DNA from: Candidatus Bathyarchaeota archaeon
GTDB lineage: Archaea > Thermoproteota > Bathyarchaeia > Bathyarchaeales > Bathycorpusculaceae
DNA: 64,000 nt
NCBI GenBank assembly: GCA_963767735.1
Contig: CAVYES010000004.1
Span: 512,001-576,000, forward strand
Reading direction: 5' to 3'
The position numbers were made by a program, and so were the translations under genes. Positions 30,056-41,179 of this stretch are shown piece after piece. Numbering within the stretch: position 1 is the stretch's first letter; each line of letters starts with the position of its first letter. The notes below the pieces were generated by a model. It searched no databases and had not been told where the DNA came from. It saw only the letters and a list, made by a program, of their open reading frames with translations.

Positions 30056-32285
30056 ATGTCATCAGACGTTTTAGCGGGTGGAAGGGCGAAGGCTCTTAGC
30101 GGCGATCGGAAACAGTTTGACATGTTTTTCAATAAGATGCTGGATGGCTTTGCTTATCACAAGATTGTTGTTGACAAATCGGGTAAGCCAATTGATTATG
30201 TTTTTCTTGAGGTTAATCATGCTTTTGAAGAAATGACGGGGCTCAAGGGAGAGCGAATTATCGGCAAGAAAGTAACGGAAGTTCTTTCTGGAATTGAGAA
30301 AGACCCTGCTGATTGGATTGGAGTTTACGGGAAAGTTGCTTTAACGGGCAAGTCACTTCAGTTTGAGAATCATGCGATTCCTTTAGGTAAATGGTATAAA
30401 GTCTCGGCTTATTGTCCAGAGAAGGGCTATTTTATTGCTTTATTTGAGGACATAACTGAGAGCAAGAAAGCTGAGCACGAGCTTTGGCAAGCAAAGAAAG
30501 ATTGGGAACGAACTTTTGATAGCGTCCCCGACTTTGTGGCTATTCTTGATAATCAGTTTAGAATCGTGCGGGCTAATCGAGCCATGGCGCAACAGCTTGG
30601 AGTAACTCCCGAAAAAGCCATCGGACTCTTCTGCTACCAGTGCGTTCATGGATTAGATAGTCCCCCTGCTTTTTGTCCACACGCACAAACAGCGAAAGAT
30701 GGAAAAATACATCAAGCTGAGGTGTATGAACCCCGCCTCGGAGGAGATTTCTTAGTAACTACGACTCCTTTAAAGGATGAGCAAGGGTGCTTGGTTGGGT
30801 CAGTCCACGTAGCGAGGAATATTACTGAGCTCATGCAGCGAGAACGAGAAATTGAAAACGTAGCAAAGTTTCCTTCTGAAAATCCTAACCCTGTATTTCG
30901 CATAGATGGAAAAGGCACAATTCTGTTCAGCAATGCATCTGGAGCTTCCGTTTTGACGGCATGGAGCAGGCGGATTGGTGAGCGTTCTCCTGAATACATA
31001 AGCAAAGCTGTTGCCGAGGCTTTAGCATCTAATAGAAGGATTGAGGTAGAAGAAACATATGGAGATACTGTATTTTCGCTATTGTTTGTTCCTATCACTA
31101 GGGAAGGGTACGTAAATATTTACGCAAATGACATTACGGAGCGTAAGAAAGCTGAAGAAGTGATAGTGGCATCTGAGAAGAAGTACCGTAGACTTTTTGA
31201 GACTTCGCAAGATGGAATAATGGCTAGGGATTTAGAGGGGCGGATGATTGACTGCAATCAGGCTTATTCGAGGATGATAGGCTACTCAAAAAAAGAACTC
31301 ACAAATGTATCCGCTACTGACCTTTTGCCCGAAAAATGGTGGGGACAGAGGGAAAAAATCGTAAAGGAGGTCTTGGAGACTGGGGGTTCAATTGTTTTTG
31401 AAAGAGAGTATCGCAGGAAGGACGGCGTCGTCTTTCCTGCTTCAGTTAGGACTTGGCGTCTAACAGATGAGAAAGGGAATATGGTTGGTACGTGGTCTAT
31501 GGTTCGGGATATTACGCAGCAGAAGGAACTTCAAGAGAAACTGCAACGGCACACAACACATCTAGAGCAACTTGTTGAAGAGCGCACTCAACAGTTGAAG
31601 GATTCAGAGCGGTTGGCTGCTATTGGAGCTACTGCGGGTATGGTTGGTCATGATATTCGTAATCCTTTGCAAGCAATTATTAGTGACGTGTACTTGGCTA
31701 AAACTGAGTTGGCTTCGATTCCTGAAAGCGAAGAGAAAAAGAATACCTTAGAAAAGTCTGGAGGGAATTGAAAAGAACACTGAGTACATTAACAAGATTG
31801 TGGCTGACCTGCAAGACTTTGCCCGACCGCTTAAACCTAATGCTGAAGAAGCCGACTTAAAAATCATAATTGAAGTTTTATTGAAAAAGAATGGTTTGCC
31901 AGAAAACATTAAAGTAACCTTTAAAATAGAAGCTGAAGCTAGGAAAGTTGTGGCTGACTGTTCTTACATTAATCGCATCATGTATAATTTGGTGAATAAT
32001 GCTGTTCAAGCGATGCCAAATGGCGGCAAACTGACTATACGTGTCTTCAAAGAAGCAAACGACACCATAATAACAGTAAAGGACACAGGAGTTGGCATAC
32101 CCGAAAAACTAAAAGGCAAGCTGTTTACTCCAATGTTTACGACTAAATCAAAAGGTCAAGGTTTCGGCTTACCTGTTGTTAAGCGAATGACTGAAGCTTT
32201 AGGAGGCACCGTAAGCTTTGAGAGTCAAGAAGGCAAAGGAACAGCATTTATGGTGCGTTTGCCTCCAAAAACAATAAAACGGTAA
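30056..32285 (+). pseudogene. Multi-PAS sensor histidine kinase, split by a +1 frameshift near 31755
   Basis: Four PAS domains, H-box GHDIRNPL; removing one A from gaaaagt restores LESLEGIEKNTEYINKIVADLQDFARP and the HATPase (NLVNNA, DTGVG, GQGFGL). Confidence 0.85.
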
Positions 32286-32325
32286 ATGGATTTACTAATA
32301 AATAAAGCTAAAAATGTTTGCTCTT

Positions 32326-32601
32326 TTACTTTTTAGGACGGTAAATGATAGCTACATCTTCTCCATGTCTATTAATCAAGGATAAAGCACAGTTGTACTT
32401 TTTAGCGACCTGTTGCATGCAATCTTGTGTTTCTTTGTCAATAGGTACTTTGATGTGAACTTGATAACCTTCCGAAAGCAACCCCGCAGCATTAGGCGGC
32501 ATCAAAGAAAGATACTGACCATCAAACAATGTGCATTCTTCAAAAATTTCCCTAAGCACCAAAACTGCTTCTTTGCGATTCAGAGTAACACCCATAAGCA
32601 C
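32326..32601 (-). CDS. Small 'NRxEAV' family protein
   Basis: NRKEAV..LREIF...GYQVHIK...IIYRP; possible CTG start at 32583. Confidence 0.75.
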   Translation of the reverse strand: MLMGVTLNRKEAVLVLREIFEECTLFDGQYLSLMPPNAAGLLSEGYQVHIKVPIDKETQDCMQQVAKKYNCALSLINRHGEDVAIIYRPKK

Positions 32602-32636
32602 TAACTATTAGGGTCTCTAAAAAAGGTTAAGTTAGT

Positions 32637-32921
32637 TTATTTCTTCTCAGGTCTGTAAATGATAACTAAACCTTCTTTTTCTTTTTCCAAAGCTAACCCA
32701 TACTTATCAGCAACATCGCACAGAATGTCTATTTGATTTTCTTTGTTAAAGTTTGTTTTTACGAGAACTTGATAACAATTCGAAAGCAAATTTTCAAAAT
32801 TAGGATTTATCAGAGAAATGTACTGAAAATGAAACAGCGTGGACATTTCAAAAATATCCCTCATAACTTGGACTGCTTCATTTCGATTCAGAAAAACACC
32901 AATAAATTCAAAGGTAACCAT
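32637..32921 (-). CDS. Small 'NRxEAV' family protein, tandem paralog
   Basis: NRNEAV..MRDIF...YQVLVK...IIYRP; possible CTG start at 32891. Confidence 0.75.
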   Translation of the reverse strand: MVTFEFIGVFLNRNEAVQVMRDIFEMSTLFHFQYISLINPNFENLLSNCYQVLVKTNFNKENQIDILCDVADKYGLALEKEKEGLVIIYRPEKK

Positions 32922-32985
32922 TAATAAAAATATTTTTATGATTTTCTGTATTAACACAGGTATAGTACCGTACCGAGGCTGTAGC

Positions 32986-33228
32986 ACTCATGGACCTCAA
33001 CAGTTCAGGAGAGCCTACAGGAAACGGGTTGCTGTTGAGCAGTTTTTGGCAGACTCAAGAACCCGGCAAGTCTCACACAGCATAATCTGAGAGGATTAGC
33101 CAAAGTAACGTTTCATTCTTAACTCTGCGTCCTAATTATGCTTCTCACAGCCCAAGCAGCTATCAACACGCACAAATCAAACAAAGCCAGAAGCATCAGA
33201 TACTTCGCAAACTGATTTCGCAACAGCC
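32986..33228 (+). mobile_element. 3' remnant of a DDE transposase gene with a possible IS end
   Basis: THGPQQFRRAYRKRVAVE/fs/GRLK...HNLRGL...KARSIRYFAN*, then tttcgcaacagcc. Confidence 0.75.
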
Positions 33229-33266
33229 ACGAGCGCCAGCTTGTTGCTAATTCGATTTCTTTGCGT

Positions 33267-34335
33267 TTACGTTTCTTTGCCCTTACCTCGCGAGCATAGT
33301 GATTGACCGCGCTTTTTCGGCCTGCCTAGCCTCAACGCAACCACCCCATTGAGCAACATGGCGATCATGCACAGCAACGCATGCGTAGCTATTCTTTCGA
33401 GACCTCTAGCCCTATGCCTTTCAAGACAAAGTTGCTCCTTCTGCCTCGAATTCACCCGCTCAACCTCGCTTCTCTGCTTGTAGAGCTGTTTCTCTAAGCT
33501 GGGACCATGCGTTCTGAAGTACTTGTCCGCCCGCAGCACATTAACTTCTTTGTTCTGGTTGGCCGGATACGGAATCACCGCCTTAACACCGCAGACTGAA
33601 AGCTGATCTCTTAGTTTTCTGCTCGAATACTGTGAATCTGCAGTGAACGTTTTAATTCGGTGCTCGCTTATGTTCCATGCCATGCGAAAAAGGGCTGAAG
33701 CATGCTTCTTCTCGTTATCGTTCGCAGGCGCAGCGATCACAGCGAGGGGCAACTCTGACTTAGCATCAGTGAGTATGTGCAGTTTATAGCCGAGCTCGTA
33801 GGTTTTGCCGTTTCTGCCAACTCTGGATTCTGGATCAGACTTTCCGCGACTGTTCTCGTGCGGGTCACGCCGACTGTACGCCTTTACGAACGTAGCGCCC
33901 GAGTCCACCGTTTCGCCGCTTATCACACCGCCCCTTAATAATTCCTTGATCAGTTTGTTCATGATTATCTGAAGCCTTCTGTTTCCGACACGCTTCTTAA
34001 ACCGTGACAACTGAGACGGATGATAGGGATTTTCTTCAGCTTCTATGCCGCAGAGCTCCCTCAAATTATCGTCTTTCCATAGCCTACGGCACAGTTCTCT
34101 CTCGCTGGGGATCTGCTGGAGCCGTTTAACGATAAGTGCTTTGAAGATGCCCATGGGTTTTCTCGGTGGTCTGCCTGGGCTATTTTCCTTGTGGTATGCT
34201 TCCTTGACGACTTTTTCTATGTCATCTGAGTTTAGTTTGGACAGGATATGGTATATGAAAATTGCTCCGCCGCCTACAGGTGTTCTTCCACAAGCATCAC
34301 AAGGTCTGAATAAATCAACCGTATAAACACATAGA
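33267..34335 (-). mobile_element. Degenerate IS5/IS1182-like DDE transposase
   Basis: GRPP, SERELCRRL, PSQLSRF, GYKLH, ADSQY, YKQRSEVER; frame open upstream to ~34335 without a standard start; first catalytic Asp appears as Gly (SGAT); C-terminal frameshift. Confidence 0.85.
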
Positions 34336-34636
34336 ATTCAACCGTTAAAAAAACAAATGCTCAAACTACATTTTAGCACAGTAGAGACTATCTTGAAAGT
34401 AAATCGGGAATATGAGAACAGAGCCCAAAATGTTAGAACACATATTCATATAATCTTTCTAATGCTGGCGCGACCTTTCTTGTTTCATTGTGATGCTCCT
34501 TTTAGCTTCAAGCATCAAGGTGAAAATGCATAATTGGCTTGGATATGATGTTCCAAATTTCGGAATATTCCAAAATTGGTAACATTAAAGATATTCCCGA
34601 AAACAGTTGAGAACATAAGAAAGAAGAGACAAAGCA

Positions 34637-35029
34637 ATGAGGACGTTTCTGAGTAGAGACCAAATTAAAATACCTACTTTCACCTCAAAGTGGCTAGCCT
34701 ACTCCTATGCCTTCTTGGTTGTTGCGGAGTTTTTGGATGGTTTGACAACTAAGATTGGCTTGAATTTAGGGCTTACTGAAGTTGGAACGTATGCAGAGGG
34801 AGTTTTAGGTAACTATGGCTTTTGGGGTTTGATGGCTTGGAAATACAGCATTGTCGCTGCTGTGGGGGCGTTGATTTTCTTATTTTATTATGGAGTGAAG
34901 AAGTATTATCCTACACGTTTGAAGCTTGTCAGCGTCATTCTGACTATTGGCTTCTTAATTGCAGGTATAGCTTCAGTTCAGGTTGTCGTAAACAACGTCC
35001 ATCAGATTGAGCTTGCCCTACATCCTTAA
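34637..35029 (+). CDS. DUF5658-like membrane protein
   Basis: FLDGLTT..GL..G..E, K in second TM, VV.NN C-terminus. Confidence 0.65.
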   Translation: MRTFLSRDQIKIPTFTSKWLAYSYAFLVVAEFLDGLTTKIGLNLGLTEVGTYAEGVLGNYGFWGLMAWKYSIVAAVGALIFLFYYGVKKYYPTRLKLVSVILTIGFLIAGIASVQVVVNNVHQIELALHP

Positions 35030-35324
35030 CATTTTATTCAATAAAACACTTTAACTTTCACAGAAGGGATAGTCCCAAAACTGCAATCTCGCATAAGCCT
35101 TTGGTTTTGAGATAACTGTAGAGCGTATGGCAAATGTGGATGTAGCCGCACAGTCACACATACCCCTAAAGCATTTAGCAACCCACATATTTCTTGAAGC
35201 GAAAATGATATGAAAAAGACGCTGATTTCTTGGGCAAAGAAGTTATTTTTGAGCTGAGTAAAAAAGTTGTATTGGTATCTTGAGTGGCAGTAACTACCCA
35301 TTCATCATTGTCAAGCATATCGCT

Positions 35325-35470
35325 GGATACTTTAACAATTACTATCATGGCTATGCACCAGAGAATTGCCAACAGCTAATTGAGAAGTTAGGATTGACAA
35401 CTGAAGAACCGAAGAAGGCGAAGGCTAAAAACACCGTCAAACAATCACAATTAGGCCCATTTTTTAGCGA
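35325..35470 (+). pseudogene. C-terminal fragment of a DUF72 family protein
   Basis: GYFNNYYHGYAPENC..L.EKLG resembles the DUF72 C-terminal motif. Confidence 0.55.
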
Positions 35471-35718
35471 AACTTTTCACCCATCGGGCACTCTAAGGGT
35501 AATTTGTCTTGGCTATACATTAGCTCAATCCAACAGGTATAGCAGAAGTAAATTTGGCATTTGGGGCAGTGTTAAAGCCTCCGCCGATCATTTTGCGGCA
35601 ATCGCCGCAAAGTCGGGACAAATTTATCATAGAAAATAAATGTTAAGCAATTAGTTCAAAAAGACAGCGTTGAAACTGCTCTTTAAAACCGCAGAGACAT
35701 AAGCGAAAGTAAGGGGTT

Positions 35719-35832
35719 TCAAAAACTTACTTCGGTTAGCGTGTTTTTGTGGTTCCTCATTCTATGCTCTCTTAGGTCCTTCGGATTAGGCAATTCAACT
35801 TTGCATATTGGGCATCGGTATGTTACAATCAT
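35719..35832 (-). CDS. C2H2 zinc-finger microprotein (37 aa)
   Basis: GAGGCGG RBS; MIVTYRCPICKVELPNPKDLREHRMRNHKNTLTEVSF. Confidence 0.75.
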   Translation of the reverse strand: MIVTYRCPICKVELPNPKDLREHRMRNHKNTLTEVSF

Positions 35833-36297
35833 CGAAATGTCCGCCTCAGTTTTGAGAAAAGATTTTCTTCATAAATAAGCCTTACAGACATAAGCTATAT
35901 AGATGCTATTTTTGACTTTAAACTATGAAAATAACTCTTATTTGATTGGAGTCACTTAACTAAAAAACATGTGTACTCTAATAATGCTTGAAAATCCATG
36001 CAAAAACAGCGATGGAAAACAGTTTAAAAGTGATTCAACTGGCGTACGAGAATGCTTTAAATCTGAACAACAAAGACAAGCTCCAATACTTGTTTAAGCA
36101 ACGCTTCAAGAGCGGGTTTGCTGCTTTCGATCTGCGTGACTTTGGCCTTTAAATCAGCCATTTATTCTTTAGTCACTTAAATTTCTGTGCTTAAGAATTA
36201 GCCATGAAAATGGATTTTTTGATTAGTTTAAGTGACTTAAACTTCAGCCTATTTTTGTTAGAGACATGTAGCACGTGCTTCTGATTCGATGCCCCGT

Positions 36298-36525
36298 CTA
36301 AACTTGGTTTGCTTTGCCGATGGCGCAGTAGTACGTTTTTTTAAGTCCGTACTTAACCAAGACTGGACATGAAGGACAGATGCACCCGGTAGTCTTGATT
36401 TGTTCTTTTGCTTTTCCCCTAGCACAGAAAAGTGTGTCAGTTAAATTTGAATCCTTGTAGGTAGGGCAAGTTGGGCATGTACATAATTTCACGTTTTCTT
36501 CGTTATCAGGTATAGAAATTGACAT
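36298..36525 (-). CDS. DUF2769 family Cys-rich protein
   Basis: CTCPTCPTY...LFCARGK...CICPSCPV...YYC. Confidence 0.85.
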   Translation of the reverse strand: MSISIPDNEENVKLCTCPTCPTYKDSNLTDTLFCARGKAKEQIKTTGCICPSCPVLVKYGLKKTYYCAIGKANQV

Positions 36526-36715
36526 TTACAATCAATTGAAAGATAAGCGCAGCCCAATTAATAACTATTAGTGAATAGGTTCAGTCAACAACAAAACATG
36601 TGACTGATGAATTCTCTGACTGTTTTTTGCTGATTCTGAGTCACGACCAAAAAACGTTAATTACCATTGATAGACTAGTAAAGAGAGAAAGAATAGCGAG
36701 TGGAGGTGGAAAACA

Positions 36716-37042
36716 TTGACTCTTGTTAAAGTTGCTGAAATTTCAGAGATATCTCTGGGACAAATTAAGCCTGTAAAGGTTGCAGAAAAACAAGTTTTGA
36801 TAGCCAACGTAAACAACATCTATTACGCCATCGGAAATATTTGCACACATATGGGCGACGACCTTTCAAAAGGAACGTTAGAGGGAAACACAGTGACATG
36901 CCCCAAGCATAAGTCAAAATTTGACGTCACAACAGGCAAAGTCATTTCTGGTCCAAAAGTTCCTTTAATACACCCAAAAATCAAAGATGAACCTGTTTAT
37001 TCAGTAAAGGTTGAAGGGAAGGATATTCTAGTCGAACTTTAG
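36716..37042 (+). CDS. Rieske-type [2Fe-2S] ferredoxin
   Basis: CTH...CPKH...FDVTTG; GGAGGTGG RBS. Confidence 0.9.
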   Translation: MTLVKVAEISEISLGQIKPVKVAEKQVLIANVNNIYYAIGNICTHMGDDLSKGTLEGNTVTCPKHKSKFDVTTGKVISGPKVPLIHPKIKDEPVYSVKVEGKDILVEL

Positions 37043-37200
37043 TAGTTACTGGATTTAAGGCTGACTTCAACTCTGTTGGAAGAGGGCGTTTATTTTAGTA
37101 GGTAGCGCGGATAGAACAAAAATGGCAATACTCTGTTGTTCTTGATTGAACTTGAGCTATACGATAGCATTTTCTCTTTTGAGGTCCTCATCGCTGTATT

Positions 37201-37270
37201 CGACTTTTTTTGACTTTTATCGACTTTTTTTGACTCAACCTGCAAACGATTTAAGCTTTGCTTCAAAAAA
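37201..37270 (+). repeat. 10-bp-period microarray plus conserved 35-bp element, copy 1
   Basis: cgactttttt/tgacttttat/cgactttttt/tgact then caacctgcaaacgatttaagctttgcttcaaaaaa. Confidence 0.85.
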
Positions 37271-37450
37271 CCAGCCTGAAACAAAAGAAACAAAAAATTA
37301 AGCAAGAACTCCCCTCACTTCAGCTTGTAAAAGTGGTGTCATCTGAAACGACACAAGTAATGTCTAACCTTTCTAGCTAACGGAAACTTGAACAATTCTT
37401 TTCTTCAAAAAGACACATAAGGACACAAAAATACATCCTGCTATATTCCT

Positions 37451-37545
37451 CTACGCGATTATTTGCGATTAAACGCGATTATTCTCGATTATTTGCGATT
37501 ATTCTAGATTCAACCTGCAAACGATTCAAGCTTTGCTTCAAAAAA
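37451..37545 (+). repeat. 10-bp-period microarray (6 units) plus conserved 35-bp element, copy 2
   Basis: Six 10-mers ending in gatt, then caacctgcaaacgattcaagctttgcttcaaaaaa (1 mismatch to copy 1). Confidence 0.85.
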
Positions 37546-37783
37546 GCAACCCAAAACAACCAGAACAAAAAAAGGCTTTGGCAATTCAAGAACCTTATCA
37601 TAATCTACTCAAAATGAACTAATAAAATTAAAGTGCCGTTGAAGCCTGGTGATTTACAGCACGTATATAAGCTGGCGCTTAAAATATTAAATTAGGCGCA
37701 TCAAGAGTCGCAAAAGCTCTCTAAATTGCCCAGTTTTGATGTTTCACAAAAAATAGCCAACAATTCAGAGGTTATTTAACTTC

Positions 37784-39955
37784 ATGTATGCAGCAAATAA
37801 TCAAGAAAACGAATCTCCTAAGCTTCCTCCACGAATTGGCAGATTATTCGAGCTTGCCAGTAACCTGTGGTGGAGCTGGCATGAGGAAGGAAGACAGCTT
37901 TTTCGCTCCTTAGATTACGCTTTTTGGCGAACCAGCGAACATAATCCGGTCAAGCAGCTGTGCAGTATCAGTATGGATAAGCTGGAGGCAGCGGCAAGAG
38001 ACCCGTCTTTTCTGGAACTCTACGACACAGTAATGTCAAAGTTTGACGAAGAAATGACAAGAGGCCACAACTGGTGCGGCAAAACAAACCCAAGCAAACC
38101 TGATGGGCAAGTCGCTTATTTCTCAGCCGAGTATGCACTCCACGCTTCGCTACCTATTTACGCGGGAGGCTTAGGCGTTTTAGCAGGAGACATATGTAAA
38201 GAAAGCTCGGACCGCGGGCTACCCCTAGTCGCTGTCGGATTCATGTATCCTCAAGGCTACTTTCGCCAGCGCATATCTTCCGAAGGCGACCAACAAGAAG
38301 ACTACCTGCAACTGAACTTTAACGATGCACCTATCTCCCCTTGCGCTTGGCCCTACAGGTGCGGACCTCTTATCCCGATTCAACTCGCTGACCGCCAACT
38401 GTATGTTAAGGTGTGGCAGGTGCATGTTGGCCGCGTTAGCTTGTACTTGATGGATACTAATGTTGATGAAAATAACCCTCAAGATAGGATGTTGTCAGCC
38501 CGCCTGTACACAGCCGACCAAGAAGAACGTCTACGTCAACTAATTGTTTTAGGCGTAGGCGGAGTGCGGACACTGCGCGAGCTTCATGTAGAACCGGTTG
38601 TGTGGCATGCTAACGAAGATCACACGGCTTTCATGATGCTTGAGCGTCTACGGTTAGAACGGGCGAACGGAGCCTCTTTGGAAGAAGCCATCGAAAACGT
38701 ACGCAGATGCACCGTTTTCACCACTCACACGCCAGTTCCAGCCGGTCACCATGTCTTCAGCTTTCAATTAATGGACCGCTATTCACGTAACCTCTGGGAG
38801 CCCCTTGGAATTGACAGAGAAACTTTCCTGAAGCTGGGACAGTATGAAGGCTTTAGTCCAGAAAAATTCAACCTTACAGCCTTTGCGCTTCGTCTATCAG
38901 GACAAGCTAACGCCGTATCCAAACTGCACGGCAAAGTAACGCGGCGAATGTGGCAGGTCCTTTGGCCCGGCAAGACCGAAGATCAGGTACCGATTATATC
39001 AATAACAAACGGTGTCCATTTGCCAAGTTGGCAAGCGCCAGAAATCAGGGGGCTCTGTGAAAAGCACCTGGGTTCTGAATTGCTTCAAAAAGAAGACGAC
39101 GAAGAATATTGGAAATGCGTAGATGATATACCAGATGAAGAATTGTGGCAGGTGCGTCAAACATTAAAAACCCGATTGATACATACAATTCAAGACAGAG
39201 CGCAACAGCGTTGGATGCAAGGGGCAGCAACCACTCAGCAAGTGATCGCTATGGGTTCACTACTGGATCCCTACGCTTTAACCATTGCTTTTGCTCGCCG
39301 ATTCACCGAATACAAACGACCACAACTAGTTCTATCTGACATCGAACGGCTAAAACGCATAATAACAAATCCAGAGAAGCCTGTGCAAATAATTTTTGCA
39401 GGCAAATCCCATCCAGCTGACTACCAATCAAAACAGCTTCTCAAACAGGTATACCACGCAGTTTTGGACAGAGGATTCCAAGGGCGCCTTGCTTTTGTTG
39501 AAGACTACGACCTTGATGTGGCACGAGAACTTGTCCGAGGCGTCGATGTTTGGCTCAACATGCCACGACGGCTGCAGGAAGCATGCGGAACCAGCGGAAT
39601 GAAAGCTTCGATGAATGGTGTACTCAACTTCAGCGTTCGCGACGGATGGTGGGATGAAGCCTACAACGGCAAAAACGGGTGGGCAATCGGCGATTCCGTG
39701 GGAAGCAGCCCAGAGGAAGAAGACAAAAGAGACACCGAATCACTCTATAACCAACTAGAAAACGGAATCGCACCTATCTACTACAACCTAGACCGCAAGG
39801 GTGTACCGCACCAATGGATAAAATTCGTCAAAGAAGCAATAAAAACCGTCACGCCTGCTTTTAGCGCTTGCCGAATGATGAAAGAGTACACCCAACAGAT
39901 GTATTTGCCTGCTGCCGGACAGCAAGAACCAAAAAGTAATCCGGTTGAGGGATAA
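37784..39955 (+). CDS. glgP: Alpha-glucan (glycogen/maltodextrin) phosphorylase
   Basis: NLWWSW, YAGGLGVLAGD, FTTHTPVPAGH, ARRFTEYKR, EACGTSGMKA (PLP lysine). Confidence 0.95.
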   Translation: MYAANNQENESPKLPPRIGRLFELASNLWWSWHEEGRQLFRSLDYAFWRTSEHNPVKQLCSISMDKLEAAARDPSFLELYDTVMSKFDEEMTRGHNWCGKTNPSKPDGQVAYFSAEYALHASLPIYAGGLGVLAGDICKESSDRGLPLVAVGFMYPQGYFRQRISSEGDQQEDYLQLNFNDAPISPCAWPYRCGPLIPIQLADRQLYVKVWQVHVGRVSLYLMDTNVDENNPQDRMLSARLYTADQEERLRQLIVLGVGGVRTLRELHVEPVVWHANEDHTAFMMLERLRLERANGASLEEAIENVRRCTVFTTHTPVPAGHHVFSFQLMDRYSRNLWEPLGIDRETFLKLGQYEGFSPEKFNLTAFALRLSGQANAVSKLHGKVTRRMWQVLWPGKTEDQVPIISITNGVHLPSWQAPEIRGLCEKHLGSELLQKEDDEEYWKCVDDIPDEELWQVRQTLKTRLIHTIQDRAQQRWMQGAATTQQVIAMGSLLDPYALTIAFARRFTEYKRPQLVLSDIERLKRIITNPEKPVQIIFAGKSHPADYQSKQLLKQVYHAVLDRGFQGRLAFVEDYDLDVARELVRGVDVWLNMPRRLQEACGTSGMKASMNGVLNFSVRDGWWDEAYNGKNGWAIGDSVGSSPEEEDKRDTESLYNQLENGIAPIYYNLDRKGVPHQWIKFVKEAIKTVTPAFSACRMMKEYTQQMYLPAAGQQEPKSNPVEG

Positions 39956-39959
39956 AAAG

Positions 39960-41159
39960 ATGGAAAAACAAAATAATTTTGCAGAAAAGTTTTTTGAAAG
40001 TGCAGACGCCTTTATGATTGCCATCGGCAGCGACGAAGTCGTAACCGACGTGAACAAAAAGGCATGCGAAATTCTTGGATATTCAAGAGCCGAGATTAAG
40101 GGTAAAAACTGGTTTGACAGCTTTGTTTCAAAAGCAAAAAGGGAAGATGCTAGACGGTTTTTCCACGATATGCTACAGGGTTCTCTTAGTCATGTACATT
40201 CTGACTATATAGTTATTACTAAACGAGGCGAAGAGCGGATATTTAGCTTTCATAACATAATCGTCAGCGACGAAAAAGGTAACACTATTGGAATGCTCAG
40301 CTCAGGAGACGACGTTACCGCGCTTAGGCGGAAAGAAACAGCTTTAAAAGAGGTGGAGACCCGTTTGCAGATTTCGTTGGATTCCATGTTTGAGGGATGC
40401 CAAATTATCGATCATGATTGGCGCTATGCGTACGTGAATGAGGCAGCAGCGAAGCAAGGAAGAAAAACCAAAACGGAATTGTTAGGTTACACGATGATGC
40501 AGGCTTATCCGGGCATTGACAGAACAGAAGTGTTTAGCCATCTTCGGAACTGCATGACAAATCGTGTTCCTCACCAAATGGATAATGAATTCACTTTTCC
40601 AGATGGATCCAAAGGCTGGTTTGAGCTTCACATCGAACCTGTCCCCGAAGGGGTCTTAATTTTATCAATGGATATCACCAAGAACAAGGAGACAGAAGAG
40701 GAACTGAACAGATATCGCTACAGACTTGAAGAGGTAGTTGCACACCGCACTGCGGAATGCTCAAAGGCAAACGAGGAACTTACCCGAGAAATTGAAGAAC
40801 ACCAAAAGATGGAAGAAGGGCTTAAACTAAGAGCCATAATCTTAGACAACGCAAGAGAAGCCATATTTCTCATGAATACTAAAGGCGACTTTGCATATGC
40901 AAATCAGGCAGCATCAAAAACATACGGCTACAGCCTTGACGAATTCCTCAATATGAATATTCGTTCACTTTTGCAGCCTAAAGATGTACCCACAATCGAA
41001 TCGCTTCTAAAAGATATTATAGAAAAAACACTGGTTAGCCACGAAATGGTTCATGTACGAAAAGACAAATCTCCAATTCCAGTAAAAGTTAACCATAGCT
41101 TGGTAAAAACGCTTCACGGGCAATTTATCGTCGTTGTTATCCGCGAAATCACCGCTTAA
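39960..41159 (+). CDS. PAS-PAS-coiled coil-PAS protein without output domain
   Basis: Three PAS folds and an LEEVVAHRT helix; ends after the third PAS. Confidence 0.8.
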   Translation: MEKQNNFAEKFFESADAFMIAIGSDEVVTDVNKKACEILGYSRAEIKGKNWFDSFVSKAKREDARRFFHDMLQGSLSHVHSDYIVITKRGEERIFSFHNIIVSDEKGNTIGMLSSGDDVTALRRKETALKEVETRLQISLDSMFEGCQIIDHDWRYAYVNEAAAKQGRKTKTELLGYTMMQAYPGIDRTEVFSHLRNCMTNRVPHQMDNEFTFPDGSKGWFELHIEPVPEGVLILSMDITKNKETEEELNRYRYRLEEVVAHRTAECSKANEELTREIEEHQKMEEGLKLRAIILDNAREAIFLMNTKGDFAYANQAASKTYGYSLDEFLNMNIRSLLQPKDVPTIESLLKDIIEKTLVSHEMVHVRKDKSPIPVKVNHSLVKTLHGQFIVVVIREITA

Positions 41160-41179
41160 CCGCGCAACACCAAAAATCG

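Noticed and set aside
37201-37545. CRISPR array
   Set aside because: Only two 35-bp copies 275 bp apart, no regular spacers and no cas genes.
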